From positions 1 through 58,564 of the forward strand of contig JAYYJN010000130.1 of assembly GCA_036146215.1 (NCBI GenBank): a stretch of 58,564 nt of DNA, written 5' to 3'. A model generated the notes under the pieces. That model was not told the DNA's origin. It saw only the letters and a list, made by a program, of their open reading frames with translations, and made no database searches. The position numbers and the translations under genes are program-made. The DNA comes from Planctomycetota bacterium (lineage in GTDB: Bacteria > Planctomycetota > Planctomycetia > Pirellulales > UBA7805). Position 1 is the stretch's first letter. Every line of letters starts with the position of its first letter. Positions 17,227 to 26,574 of the stretch are shown one piece after another.

Positions 17227-19248
17227 TCACTTCTCTCCCTGTTCGTTGTGAAGTTTCTCATCAAACGCAAGCCACGAGGCGATGGCGCGGGCCGCCGTTG
17301 GCATCCGTCGGGCACTTTGCGGGTTTTGAAGTGCATGTGCGAGAACACCAATCAGCCTGCTTGCATAAACCTCATAGTCTTTTTCGGGTAATTGTTGCGC
17401 AAGATAAATAAGATTGAGTGCCGACAGACTGTTGCCTGAGGGAAGCACGCTGTCGGTTTGTTTTTTCGCGCGAGCAATCAGGGTTTCATGATCACCTGAC
17501 GTAAAAAAAAATCCACCATCCTGTGCATCCCAGAATAATTGAATCTGTTTATCAGTGAGTCGACTTGCAGTATGCAGCCAATGTGGATCTCCCGTTGCCC
17601 GATGCAAGGAAATAAGCCCGTCAATCAGAAATGCGTAATCAACGAGATAGGCATTCAAACTCGCCTGACCTTCACGGTAGGTTCGTGATAATCGACCATC
17701 TTCCTGTTGCAATTTTTTAAGCACAAAATTCGCGCATGCGATTGCCTGCTCAAGATATCGATTTTCATGAAAGATTCGACCTGCATCGGCGAGGCCGCGG
17801 ATCATGAGACCGTTCCATGCCGTGAGTATTTTGGTGTCGGTGATCGGTCGTTTTTTGGCGGACCGCACGGTGAGCAATTTTTCAAGAGATGCCGTTGTTT
17901 TTTGCTCGAGTTGTTCGGGTGTGAGTTTGCGTTCAGACGCCAACTTTTCAAGTGTATCGCTCAGTTGCAGTACATAGTATGCATGACCGTCGTGGTTGAA
18001 ATTCGGCTCACCTGAAAAACTGTAGATTGATGCGAGCAGTGCAAATGCATCCTCGCTTAGTGCAGACTTCAACTCAGCGAGTGTCCAGCGATAGAACTTT
18101 CCTTCTTCCGCATCGGTTTCAGCATCAATCGCCGAATAAAACCCACCTTCGTCGCTTTGCATTTCTCTCAGGGTAAAATCAAGTAATTCTTCTGCAACGC
18201 GTCGATAAGTTGGCTTTCCCGTGAGGGCATAAGCCTCTGCGTACACGGAGGCAAGTTGTGCGTTGTCGTAAAGCATTTTCTCAAAATGGGGAATTTTCCA
18301 GAATCGATCCACGCTATAGCGATGGAAACCCCCTCCCACATGATCACGAATGCCACCGGAGGCCATTTGATCGAGAGTGATTGAAAGCATTTTTTTTGCT
18401 TCCGGGTCTTGCTCACGCTCGAAGCGATCTGCCAGATAGAGCAGTTCCGGCGGACTAGGAAATTTCGGTTGTTGCGCTGGAAATGGCGGTTGTCCGAATC
18501 CCCCATACATTTCATCGAACTGGGTCGCCATCGCTTGCTGAACCCGTTTTACCTGCTTATTCTCGGGAGCCTGCTGTCCAGCGTCCTGTTGCTCGCGAAC
18601 AACCTGCGCTACCGCGGCGGTGAGTCGCCGGGCCTGTTCTTCGATGGGCTCTGGCTTCTCCTTCCAGATTTTTGCGATCGATGTGATAAGTTCCAAAAAG
18701 CCAATCCGCGGACCGCGATCACCCTGACGCGCAGGAAAATAAGTTCCACCGAGGAAGGGCAGGCCCTCTGGTGTCATGAATACGGTGAGCGGCCAGCCCC
18801 CGCGTTGCGTGAGTAACTGGATCGCCGTCATGTAAATATCGTCGACGTCAGGGCGCTCTTCCCGGTCGACTTTAATGCAGACGAAGTGCGCATTGAGAAA
18901 GTTTGCAATTTCTTGGTCCATGAAGGATTCCCGTTCCATGACATGACACCAATAGCAACTGGAATATCCGATCGACAGAAAAATCGGTTTGTTCTCAGTT
19001 TTTGCCTTTTCGAATGCCTCCACGCCCCAGGGATACCAGTCGACTGGATTGTAGGCATGCATTAGCAGATATGGGCTTGTCTGGTCAGCCAGACGATTCG
19101 CCTTCGTTCTCCCGTGCTCATCGGACTTCGCCATTTTTGGCGGAGCAGCCTCGAGCAGGACTGACCAGGTCGAACTCAATGTCAGCCAAATTAGGGCGAT
19201 CAGGATCCGGTATTGCCGTATCGTTTGTCGGTGGTCAGCGGTGCGCAT
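17227..19248 (-). CDS. Thioredoxin-domain (DUF255/YyaL-type) protein fused to an (alpha/alpha)6 N-acylglucosamine-2-epimerase-like domain; predicted exported
   Basis: N-terminal hydrophobic segment [21 protein letters not shown]. Thioredoxin-like [22 protein letters not shown] (CxxC). The long C-terminal helical-repeat region is typical of YyaL/SPATA20-like proteins. Confidence 0.85.
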   Translation of the reverse strand: MRTADHRQTIRQYRILIALIWLTLSSTWSVLLEAAPPKMAKSDEHGRTKANRLADQTSPYLLMHAYNPVDWYPWGVEAFEKAKTENKPIFLSIGYSSCYWCHVMERESFMDQEIANFLNAHFVCIKVDREERPDVDDIYMTAIQLLTQRGGWPLTVFMTPEGLPFLGGTYFPARQGDRGPRIGFLELITSIAKIWKEKPEPIEEQARRLTAAVAQVVREQQDAGQQAPENKQVKRVQQAMATQFDEMYGGFGQPPFPAQQPKFPSPPELLYLADRFEREQDPEAKKMLSITLDQMASGGIRDHVGGGFHRYSVDRFWKIPHFEKMLYDNAQLASVYAEAYALTGKPTYRRVAEELLDFTLREMQSDEGGFYSAIDAETDAEEGKFYRWTLAELKSALSEDAFALLASIYSFSGEPNFNHDGHAYYVLQLSDTLEKLASERKLTPEQLEQKTTASLEKLLTVRSAKKRPITDTKILTAWNGLMIRGLADAGRIFHENRYLEQAIACANFVLKKLQQEDGRLSRTYREGQASLNAYLVDYAFLIDGLISLHRATGDPHWLHTASRLTDKQIQLFWDAQDGGFFFTSGDHETLIARAKKQTDSVLPSGNSLSALNLIYLAQQLPEKDYEVYASRLIGVLAHALQNPQSARRMPTAARAIASWLAFDEKLHNEQGEK

Positions 19249-19378
19249 GGGGAAAAGGCTATGCTTTGGAATCGGGTGCGTGTTTCTAGGTTCTCTGTTT
19301 ATTACGTTACGCGTTGCCGATCAGTTTGGATACGGGAGGCAGTGCCGTTAAATGCATCTTTCGTTATTAGGCGAGCGC

Positions 19379-19415
19379 AAAAAAAGCGGCTCGGTTTCGA
19401 GGAAAACCGAGCCGC
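19379..19415 (-). terminator. Rho-independent terminator downstream of the YTV-repeat gene
   Basis: Minus-strand reading: GCGGCTCGGTTT-TCCTCG-AAACCGAGCCGC (12-bp perfect stem, 19386-19397 / 19404-19415) followed by TTTTTTT (plus-strand A-run 19379-19385). It lies 68 nt after the stop at 19483. Confidence 0.85.
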
Positions 19416-19482
19416 CCAGGATGACTAACGTACGCCCAGGTCACAAGAAGTCAGAGGCAAGACAACTTCCCTATCAGGCGTA

Positions 19483-20823
19483 CTAGCCGCAATCACACGT
19501 CTTCGGGGCTGCATCGCAGCCACAATCTTTCTGGCAAGGCACCGGGCAGCATACTTTGACCGGGACCTGTTTGCAGACGACTTTGGGGACACATCGGGTG
19601 ACCGTGTAAGGGACCCGCTCGCAGACACATTTTTTGCATTTCACGCATTTCGTGTAGTGCACCGGTTTGCAAACCGTGTAGGGCACCATTTTGACACATT
19701 CCTTCTTCACCATTCGACAGCAGGTATAGGGCACCTGGCGCGTGCGTGTTTCCGGCACCATTTTGCAGACCTTGTAGCAGCACGTTTTGACCCGCTTCTC
19801 GGGGACCATGCGGCATACCTTGTAGGTGCAGGTTCGTGTTTCCGGCACCATTTTGCAGACCTTGTAGCAGCACGTTTTGACTTTTGTCTCACGCACGTAC
19901 TTTACACACTGAATGCACTTTTGTTTGACTTCAGGCACCCAGACTTTCTTGCAGACCTTGCGTGGTGGGCACTGCACTTGAACCTTCTTGCAGCAACCGG
20001 GCTTATAGCAGCAACGGCAACGGCACGGATCCCATTCCCACGTGCCAGGAGTTTGAACACACTTTGTCACAACCGGACCGGGGCAACAGGTGACTTGCGT
20101 CTCCCAATGGCCACAACATACGTTAACCGTCTTGGTATAGTGCACTGGCTTGCAGACGGTATAGCAGACGTTCTTGGTCCGCGTCTCGTAGACTGGCTTG
20201 CGGACGGTGTAGCAGCGCGTCTTGGTTTCGTAGACCGGCTTGCAGACGGTGTAGCAGACATTCTTGGTCCGCGTCTCCCAGACTGGCTTGCAGACGGTGT
20301 AGCAGCGTGTCTTGGTTTCATAGACCGGTTTGCAGACGGTGTAACAGACATCCTTGGTTCGGGTCTCCCAGACTGGCTTGCAGACGGTGTAGCAGCGTGT
20401 CTTGGTTTCGTAGACTGGCTTGCAGACGGTGTAGCAGATATCTTTGGTCCGAGTCTCCCAGACTGGCTTACAGACGGTGTAGGTACAAGTCCGATATTTG
20501 GTTTCATAAACCGGCTTGCAGACCGTGTAGCGACATTCTCGGTAGCAGGTCTCAGGGACGTATTTGACGCAATTGATGGTCTTGGTTTCCCACACTGGCT
20601 TGTAGCATGTTTTGTAACACGTGTACTGCTGCTTTTCGTAAACCACTTCTTTACAGGTTTTCATAACCGTGTGGCATTGCTGTTTACAACAACCGTAATC
20701 GGCCGAGCAAACACTTGGGCGACAGCAACGTAAACGTGCGGCACCGCAATAACCGGCATCTGCGGGAGTGGCAACCCAAAAGGATAACGCTGCCAACAGG
20801 GATACGATCAAGACTCGATACAT
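19483..20823 (-). CDS. Secreted cysteine-rich YTV-repeat protein (planctomycetal envelope protein family)
   Basis: Signal peptide MYRVLIVSLLAALSFWVATPADA. Strong SD (GGAGGAGGAGG) before the ATG at 20823. About 69 Cys in 446 aa by my hand count. Alternating units are CYTVCKPVYETKTR / CYTVCKPVWETRTKDV, followed by CCYKVCKMVPETRT units. Confidence 0.8.
   Translation of the reverse strand: MYRVLIVSLLAALSFWVATPADAGYCGAARLRCCRPSVCSADYGCCKQQCHTVMKTCKEVVYEKQQYTCYKTCYKPVWETKTINCVKYVPETCYRECRYTVCKPVYETKYRTCTYTVCKPVWETRTKDICYTVCKPVYETKTRCYTVCKPVWETRTKDVCYTVCKPVYETKTRCYTVCKPVWETRTKNVCYTVCKPVYETKTRCYTVRKPVYETRTKNVCYTVCKPVHYTKTVNVCCGHWETQVTCCPGPVVTKCVQTPGTWEWDPCRCRCCYKPGCCKKVQVQCPPRKVCKKVWVPEVKQKCIQCVKYVRETKVKTCCYKVCKMVPETRTCTYKVCRMVPEKRVKTCCYKVCKMVPETRTRQVPYTCCRMVKKECVKMVPYTVCKPVHYTKCVKCKKCVCERVPYTVTRCVPKVVCKQVPVKVCCPVPCQKDCGCDAAPKTCDCG
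19745..19881. repeat. Second 90-bp-period repeat in the same gene: an identical 47-bp segment at 19745-19791 and 19835-19881
   Basis: cgtgtttccggcaccattttgcagaccttgtagcagcacgttttgac occurs twice, 90 bp apart (encodes CCYKVCKMVPETRT). Confidence 0.9.
20131..20530. repeat. Tandem 90-bp coding repeat array (three full, nearly identical units at 20191-20280, 20281-20370 and 20371-20460, plus partial flanking units)
   Basis: Read directly: gactggcttgcagacggtgtagcagcgtgtcttggtttcgtagaccggcttgcagacggtgtagcagacattcttggtccgcgtctccca recurs with only a few substitutions per unit. Confidence 0.9.
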
Positions 20824-21547
20824 TTTTTCGCCTCCTCCTCCTCGCGTGCGACGTTAAGCGTGCACGACAAACTGTCTCTTGTGTGTCATCCTGCGTAGCC
20901 AAAGAGCTACTGCCTCATAAATGTCTTAACTTTCACGGACTTCTGGATCTGTTAAAAATCCCTAAGCGCTACAAACTTTTTAAAAGCCCCAAATTAGCTA
21001 ATCTGAAGCATCTAGGAAGCATGTATCGTCACAATGAAAAGCTAGCTTGAGATATAGCGGATAAATAAATTAGGAAAATAGAATAAGATTTTTCAAAAAA
21101 GTAATTTAAAGAATGCATGAAATACCAGCCATTTACGGTCAATGGGCCTAGTTTTTTGTTTTTGACGATTGTGACTTTATTTCTGATTCTTACTTTTATC
21201 CGCTGATGTGGACAGCGCGAGTTGGCAACAGCCTGCAACCTCGATGTGTGCGAGGAGATGGTTCAGAATGCAAAATCAGAGACGAAAGCAAGACGGTTTC
21301 AACAATCGTGACCCACGTTTTTATTACTCACCACGGCATCGACTGTGAAAATTGAATTAGGTGAAATCGGTGTCTGCCACTGAAATCCCCCAAATACCTC
21401 ATGCTCGTGTCTGATGATGTGGTCGGTGGGGAATCCCCCATCGCGGAAGCAGGTCAGTTAAAATGTAATAACTCCTTTTGCATACTATGTTTGAGTTACC
21501 GTTAATGGTTGCCTCGGCGGAGCGGTTATACACCGTGGATAAGGTCG

Positions 21548-21571
21548 CAGGTTGTGAACTGGTGCAACCTG
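21548..21571. promoter_or_regulatory. 7-bp inverted repeat (CAGGTTG-10 nt-CAACCTG) containing a TTGTGAA Rex-box half-site, 75 bp upstream of rex
   Basis: The sequence caGGTTGTGAActggtgCAACCtg was read directly. The left half matches the Rex operator half-site TTGTGAA. The right half (TGCAACC) matches TTCACAA poorly. Confidence 0.2.
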
Positions 21572-21645
21572 CCGTAGAGTGACGTCCACGGTGGCGGTAA
21601 GGGAACCGGTGTGAGTTGAGCAATTAACTTTTCCAAACAGCACCC

Positions 21646-22314
21646 ATGGCGGATTCAAGTTCTAAAGATCGACAAGAAATCACCTTGTCTGCTGTTCCTA
21701 AAGCGGTCATCAGTCGCCTTAGCCTCTACTTGCGCGAACTGCAACAACTGTTGGCGGAAGGTAAACAGACAGTACGTTCGGGCGAATTGGGTAAACGCCT
21801 GGGCTTTACCGATGCGCAGGTTCGCAAAGATTTAACCCACTTCGGCCAATTCGGTTACCCCGGGATCGGCTATCAGTCAGAAGAACTAGTGCAGGCAATC
21901 CGTCACATTCTCGGTACCGATATCGAGTGGCGGGTTGTAATTGTGGGCATTGGCAATTTGGGCAGAGCCCTATTAGGCTACAAGGGCTTCGCCAGCCAGG
22001 GTTTCCAAATCGTGGCGGCTTTGGATACCGACGCGAAAAAAACGGGTACCACGGTGGAAGGTGTAAGAATTCATCCCATTGGTGAGCTCAAAAAAGTCGT
22101 GCGGCAACATCGGGCTCGCTTGGGGATGGTGGCGGTTCCCGCTGCAGCAGCGCAGGATGTGGTTGATCAACTTGTGGATGCTGGAATCGACGGCATCGTC
22201 AATTTCGCGCCAGTGACGATCAATTTGCCCACGCACGTCAGCCACGTCGGAGTTGATTTGGCGAGCGAACTAGAGCAAATCACCTTTGCGGTGGCCAAAC
22301 GCTTGCAGATGTAA
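21646..22314 (+). CDS. rex: Redox-sensing transcriptional repressor Rex
   Basis: VPKAVISRLSLYLRELQQL (winged-helix N-terminus) and VVIVGIGNLGRALLGY (Rossmann GxGxxG). Length and order are typical of Rex. Confidence 0.9.
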   Translation: MADSSSKDRQEITLSAVPKAVISRLSLYLRELQQLLAEGKQTVRSGELGKRLGFTDAQVRKDLTHFGQFGYPGIGYQSEELVQAIRHILGTDIEWRVVIVGIGNLGRALLGYKGFASQGFQIVAALDTDAKKTGTTVEGVRIHPIGELKKVVRQHRARLGMVAVPAAAAQDVVDQLVDAGIDGIVNFAPVTINLPTHVSHVGVDLASELEQITFAVAKRLQM

Positions 22315-22429
22315 AGCGAATCCTGAGTTGCGTGGGGGGATGACCCTGAGTCCTAGAATCCGGTGACTCGTCGCAGCGGACTTCCCGTAATTAGCTCCCT
22401 GGGATATACATGCAGTAAGGCAACAATAA

Positions 22430-22500
22430 TGCCCGGTGGTGTAATGGTAACACTGCGGATTTTGGTTCCGCCATTCCTGGTTCGAGTCCAGGCCGGGTAG
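22430..22500 (+). tRNA. tRNA-Gln (anticodon UUG)
   Basis: Hand-folded cloverleaf. Acceptor TGCCCGG/CCGGGTA (U1-A72, as in bacterial tRNA-Gln). D stem GTGT/ACAC. Anticodon stem GCGGA/TCCGC with loop ttTTGgt. T stem CCTGG/CCAGG with loop TTCGAGT. Discriminator G. CCA is not encoded. Confidence 0.9.
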
Positions 22501-22716
22501 CTTCACCCCTTGATTCGCCGCCGCTTTAGTCGGTGATTTCGCTTATTTAGGGCGTTAATGCTAGTTCGCTGCTAGCACTGCTTCGTACCCAAGTGCTTGC
22601 AGGCACCTGAAGCGATGGGGCCGAGCGGGACTATTTTGCTCTGCGTGCTCAACTTCGTATGTATCGGTATCGATCGAAGCGGTAAACTGGCAACACCGGC
22701 GCATTGCTGATTCACA

Positions 22717-25700
22717 ATGCGTAAGGCGGGGCCCGCGATGGCGTCCATCGGTCAAAACGAGGGTGTTATGGAGCATGACTCGGGAAGTTTTTTGAAAGCC
22801 CAGTTTTTACGGCGTCCGCTGCTGTCAGTGTCGCTGACGATCGGTTTGGTGATTGTTCCGGCTGCACTACTTATTGGCGGCCCCTCCATCGTCAGTCATA
22901 CCTCATTGCGCCAGAAAATTGTGCCTTTGGTGCTGCCTAAGCTGAAAGGTACATGTTCGATCGGGGCCGCATCATTGGGCTGGTTTTCTCCGGTCGTGTT
23001 CACCGATGTCGACCTCGATGGTCCTTCAGGTGGGCCGCTGATGCGTGATGGAACCATTGGCATCAATCGGACCCTGTTTGGGTTGATTACTCAAGGTATT
23101 GCAGGTGCCACCATTACCGTTTCAGGAGCGGATATCCACCTGATCGTGGGAGAACACTCCACGAATTGGGAAAAAGCGATAGAAGATATTTTGGCGCAAC
23201 CCGCAGCTGAGGATTCACCGCCGGCAATCACTGCGAAACTTGAAACAATCGATGTCATCATTTCAACTTCAAAGAAAGAAGTCGGTCGTGTTAGCGATTG
23301 GACGCTGTTGGCCCGCTACAGTCCCGAAGATACGTTGCCGCTCACGGTTGAGACGTCGGCTGCGATTGCGGTGGCCGACCGAGACGATTCGCCAGGCCAG
23401 ATCTCGGCGGTTTTACGGTTTTCGCCGGCCAAAAGTGAAGCAGAGTCACCTCTCGGAGAATTGACTTGGGAGACATCAGGTATACAGCTCAAGGCACTTG
23501 GACCCCTCCTCGCACGCGTGTTGCCTGAGAGCACTATCGAAGGTCGAATCACTTCGATTGCGACTATTGATTGGCAGCGTGACATAGCCCGCGTTGAAGT
23601 GAAACTGCTCGGCAGTGATGCGACTTTCCGTTCCCCTACCGTGCTGTCAGGTGAAACACTCAACTTACAGCGGGGTAACCTAGAGTTGCGGGCCACAGCC
23701 GAGGGTAACGCGTTTCAAGTGGAAACGTTCCGTTTCGATTCAGACTTTGCTGAATTCGAATTGACCGCCGTAGGCCGCAACTTGCTAAGGGCGGTTGCGG
23801 TGGCCGAGGAGAATGGAAACCTGTTGTTTGAGAACGTCGAGGCAAGAGGCAAACTGGATTTGCCTCGCTTGACTAATCAGCTTCCTGGCGTGTTTCGACT
23901 TCGCAAAAATACGAAGATTGATTCGGGTCAGGTGCAATTCTCCATGCAACTCGACGCGCTGGAAAGCGGTCGCAAATGGAATGCCGATATTAAGGCTTCG
24001 GAGCTTGCTGCGACCGCCAATGGACGCCCTCTTCGTTGGGAGCAGCCTATTGCGATCCAATTACAACTCCGGGAGTCGCTCGCGGGCAATTGGCAGGGTG
24101 ATGTTTCCTGCGCCAGCGATTATTTGATCGTCAAGGCAAAAGGTTCAACCCAAGCCGGAACCGTCGCGTTGACAGCCGACTTGACTCAACTCAAGGAGGA
24201 TCTTGAACCGCTTCTGGATTTTGGCGGTCTTGAAATCGCGGGCCGGATGCAAGCCAGTATTGATCTTGCTCAAGGAGATCGAAATCAACTTGATTTGAAT
24301 GGACAAGGGATCTTGGAAGGTTTCCGACTTGCAGTGCCAGATGGTGTGCACTTTGAAGATCCGAGAATGACGCTTCGTTTAAGTGCCCGCGCAACGGTTG
24401 CCAATCAGCAGATTGCAGGGGTTGAACAAGCCGAACTTCGTTTTGACTCCTCAGGCGACCAAGCGAGTGTGCAATTGACCGACCCGATTATGATGAACGA
24501 TCTTCCAGCGGCGTTCCCCTTGGAGATCCGCGGCAGTGGCCAACTCGCATCGTGGTTCAAGCGAGTGCCGCTAAAAAAGCAATCGATGACATCCCTGCCT
24601 GAGGGTCGGTTCGATGCAGAAATGCGTGGACGGTTTTCCACCACGGATCTTAGTTTCGAGCACGCGCAAGTCAAAGTGCAGCATTTGAAAATCCCTCTCA
24701 AGACCGGGAACATCGAGCAACCAAGTCTCGTTCTCACTGGGAGCGGTAGATGGGATCGGATAAACGGACAACTCTCGGATGTTGCATTAGCAGCGCGCGC
24801 CCCGGCGGTCGCCGTTTGGACCGAAAAACTAAATGTCACTTTTCCCGCAGCCTTGACTCCCGCATCCTTGACGCCACAGTCCAACACGCAACCATTGCCC
24901 GAGGCAACCGGAACTCTCTATGTGCGAGGTGACCTTGCCGTCCTTCAGCCTTGGATATCTGCCCAAGATGCAGTTAGTCGCTTTTCACTGGCAGGAAAGG
25001 CAGAAGGCAAATTCGCTTTGCAGACTGAAAATCACCAGATCGCCTTCGAGCCGGAATTGGCAATCCGTGATTTTTCGATCCAGCCTGCATCAGATCGGGA
25101 AACACTGGCTGATATTCGGGCTAAGGAATCGCAAGTCCGACCGACTAGCCTTGAGCCGATCTGGGAAGACCAACAACTCACGCTTCGTGGCCGATTGATT
25201 TACGATTATGCCCAGGATCGTCTGCAGATGGAGCGGGTTACTACTGGTTCGCGTGGAATGGGAGTACAAGATCTGGCTGGCAGCATCGAGCAATTGACGG
25301 GACGACCTATTGCGAATTTGCAGGGAGATTTGGTTTATGATCTGGCGCAGGCAACCGAAATGCTATCGCCACATCTTGATGCAGAGTTGGCGATCGTCGG
25401 TAAAGGAAGCAGACCGATTTACTATCGGGGGCCACTTCTTTTCAACTCAACCGACTCGACAGAAATATGGTGGGAAGGTATTGAAGCAGGTGGTGGATTT
25501 TCCTGGGATTTTTTTCAGTTTTTCGGTCTTCGCGGAGGAAAGGGTGCATTTCGTGCTGAACTGAATGAGGGCATCATTCGTGGTACAAGGATCGATATTC
25601 CATTTGGTGGTGGCCAATTGCAAATGGTACCGTTTGTACGATTCGACAGTGGGCCGGCAGTGCTGCTTTTAAGTCAAGACACCATCCTTTCGCGAGCGAT

Positions 25701-26328
25701 GATTACTGAAGCGTTGTGTCGAGACTGGTTGCAATATCTTGCGCCTGTGCTGGCGGATGCGACGCGGACCGAAGGTCAGTTTTCGATCCGCTTGACCCGC
25801 TCGGTGGTTCCAGTGGAGGCTCCCGAAGCGGCAACACTGGAGGGCACATTAACAATCCATGAGGCACAGATACGTCCAGGGCCTGTGACCGAGCAGATTG
25901 CAACGATCGCTGCTCAGGTGGATGCAATCATCAATCGGCGACCGACCCCAAATGATCCGGTTTTAAAGATTGACCCTCAAGAGGTTCCGTTCCGTATGGT
26001 CGCCGGTCGGATCGAGCACCATCAGTTTGAAATAGAAATCGGCGATGTGGTCGTGCGGACAAGTGGATCAGTTGGACTGGATCAAACGCTCGATTTGGTT
26101 GCCGAAATACCGATCCTTCAGAAATGGGTCGACCGCGATCCAATTCTCCGCGGACTTGCCGGGCAAACGCTTAAACTTCCCATTCGGGGCACAGTCCAAA
26201 ACCCGAAAATAGACCCCAAAGCGATCGGCAAACTCAGCAAACAGATGTTGCAGGGGACCGCGAACGGGTTTCTGAATGATGCGATTGATCGGGGCCTGCA
26301 GAAGGGCTTGCAAGAACTCTTTCGTTAA
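22717..26328 (+). CDS. Large (about 1200 aa) membrane-anchored AsmA/TamB-like protein
   Basis: A single N-terminal TM (LLSVSLTIGLVIVPAALLIGG) is followed by a long, repetitive, beta-rich sequence. The C-terminal VVRTSGSVGLDQTLDLVAEIPI...LKLPIRGTVQNPKIDP resembles AsmA-like C-terminal regions. The start is ambiguous (22717, 22738 or 22768). Confidence 0.5.
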   Translation: MRKAGPAMASIGQNEGVMEHDSGSFLKAQFLRRPLLSVSLTIGLVIVPAALLIGGPSIVSHTSLRQKIVPLVLPKLKGTCSIGAASLGWFSPVVFTDVDLDGPSGGPLMRDGTIGINRTLFGLITQGIAGATITVSGADIHLIVGEHSTNWEKAIEDILAQPAAEDSPPAITAKLETIDVIISTSKKEVGRVSDWTLLARYSPEDTLPLTVETSAAIAVADRDDSPGQISAVLRFSPAKSEAESPLGELTWETSGIQLKALGPLLARVLPESTIEGRITSIATIDWQRDIARVEVKLLGSDATFRSPTVLSGETLNLQRGNLELRATAEGNAFQVETFRFDSDFAEFELTAVGRNLLRAVAVAEENGNLLFENVEARGKLDLPRLTNQLPGVFRLRKNTKIDSGQVQFSMQLDALESGRKWNADIKASELAATANGRPLRWEQPIAIQLQLRESLAGNWQGDVSCASDYLIVKAKGSTQAGTVALTADLTQLKEDLEPLLDFGGLEIAGRMQASIDLAQGDRNQLDLNGQGILEGFRLAVPDGVHFEDPRMTLRLSARATVANQQIAGVEQAELRFDSSGDQASVQLTDPIMMNDLPAAFPLEIRGSGQLASWFKRVPLKKQSMTSLPEGRFDAEMRGRFSTTDLSFEHAQVKVQHLKIPLKTGNIEQPSLVLTGSGRWDRINGQLSDVALAARAPAVAVWTEKLNVTFPAALTPASLTPQSNTQPLPEATGTLYVRGDLAVLQPWISAQDAVSRFSLAGKAEGKFALQTENHQIAFEPELAIRDFSIQPASDRETLADIRAKESQVRPTSLEPIWEDQQLTLRGRLIYDYAQDRLQMERVTTGSRGMGVQDLAGSIEQLTGRPIANLQGDLVYDLAQATEMLSPHLDAELAIVGKGSRPIYYRGPLLFNSTDSTEIWWEGIEAGGGFSWDFFQFFGLRGGKGAFRAELNEGIIRGTRIDIPFGGGQLQMVPFVRFDSGPAVLLLSQDTILSRAMITEALCRDWLQYLAPVLADATRTEGQFSIRLTRSVVPVEAPEAATLEGTLTIHEAQIRPGPVTEQIATIAAQVDAIINRRPTPNDPVLKIDPQEVPFRMVAGRIEHHQFEIEIGDVVVRTSGSVGLDQTLDLVAEIPILQKWVDRDPILRGLAGQTLKLPIRGTVQNPKIDPKAIGKLSKQMLQGTANGFLNDAIDRGLQKGLQELFR

Positions 26329-26574
26329 CGTGCTCCATTAAAGGGGTAGTCAGGCAAATGTCGCCGTGGACGATATCGGCGAACGGGCAGGTTTACCTTC
26401 GCGCCGTTCACAACCGAACAGGACAAAGACGGCCGATTGCCAATCGGCTATGCCTTGCGGTAGACTCACGGCTGTCGCCATTTTGAGGCATTTCCGCGGG
26501 TTTCCTTGACCGGGGAATGGTCCGGTCCTTGTCCGCATTGGGCATCACGCCATCTTTATTCAGTTGTTGAAATA

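Noticed and set aside
20131-20530. Regularly spaced direct repeats that could be mistaken for a CRISPR array
   Set aside because: The repeats are contiguous 90-bp units with no unique spacers. They lie in frame within a protein-coding gene, and no cas genes are present.
19657-20733. 358-aa plus-strand ORF antisense to the YTV-repeat gene (also 20067..20507 and 19493..19873 on the minus strand in other frames)
   Set aside because: These are artefacts of the low-complexity, repeat-rich, stop-poor sequence. The minus-strand frame 19483..20823 has a signal peptide, a strong SD and a terminator, and it matches a known repeat family. The alternative frames give featureless repetitive peptides.
21380-21640. 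Cobalamin-riboswitch-like fragments (GCCACTG, AATCCCC, AAGGGAACCGGTG) upstream of rex
   Set aside because: The fragments occur in the wrong order and spacing relative to the B12-box architecture. rex is also not a plausible B12-regulated gene. They are most likely chance matches.
22270-22506. 78-aa minus-strand ORF
   Set aside because: It overlaps the tRNA-Gln gene (22430..22500) and the rex 3-prime end. The cloverleaf explains the sequence conservation.
26440-26460. Near-perfect palindrome GCCGATTGCCAATCGGC upstream of ffh
   Set aside because: It is a single short palindrome (8-bp arms, 1-nt centre) with no T-tract and no known operator match. That is insufficient to call a regulatory site.
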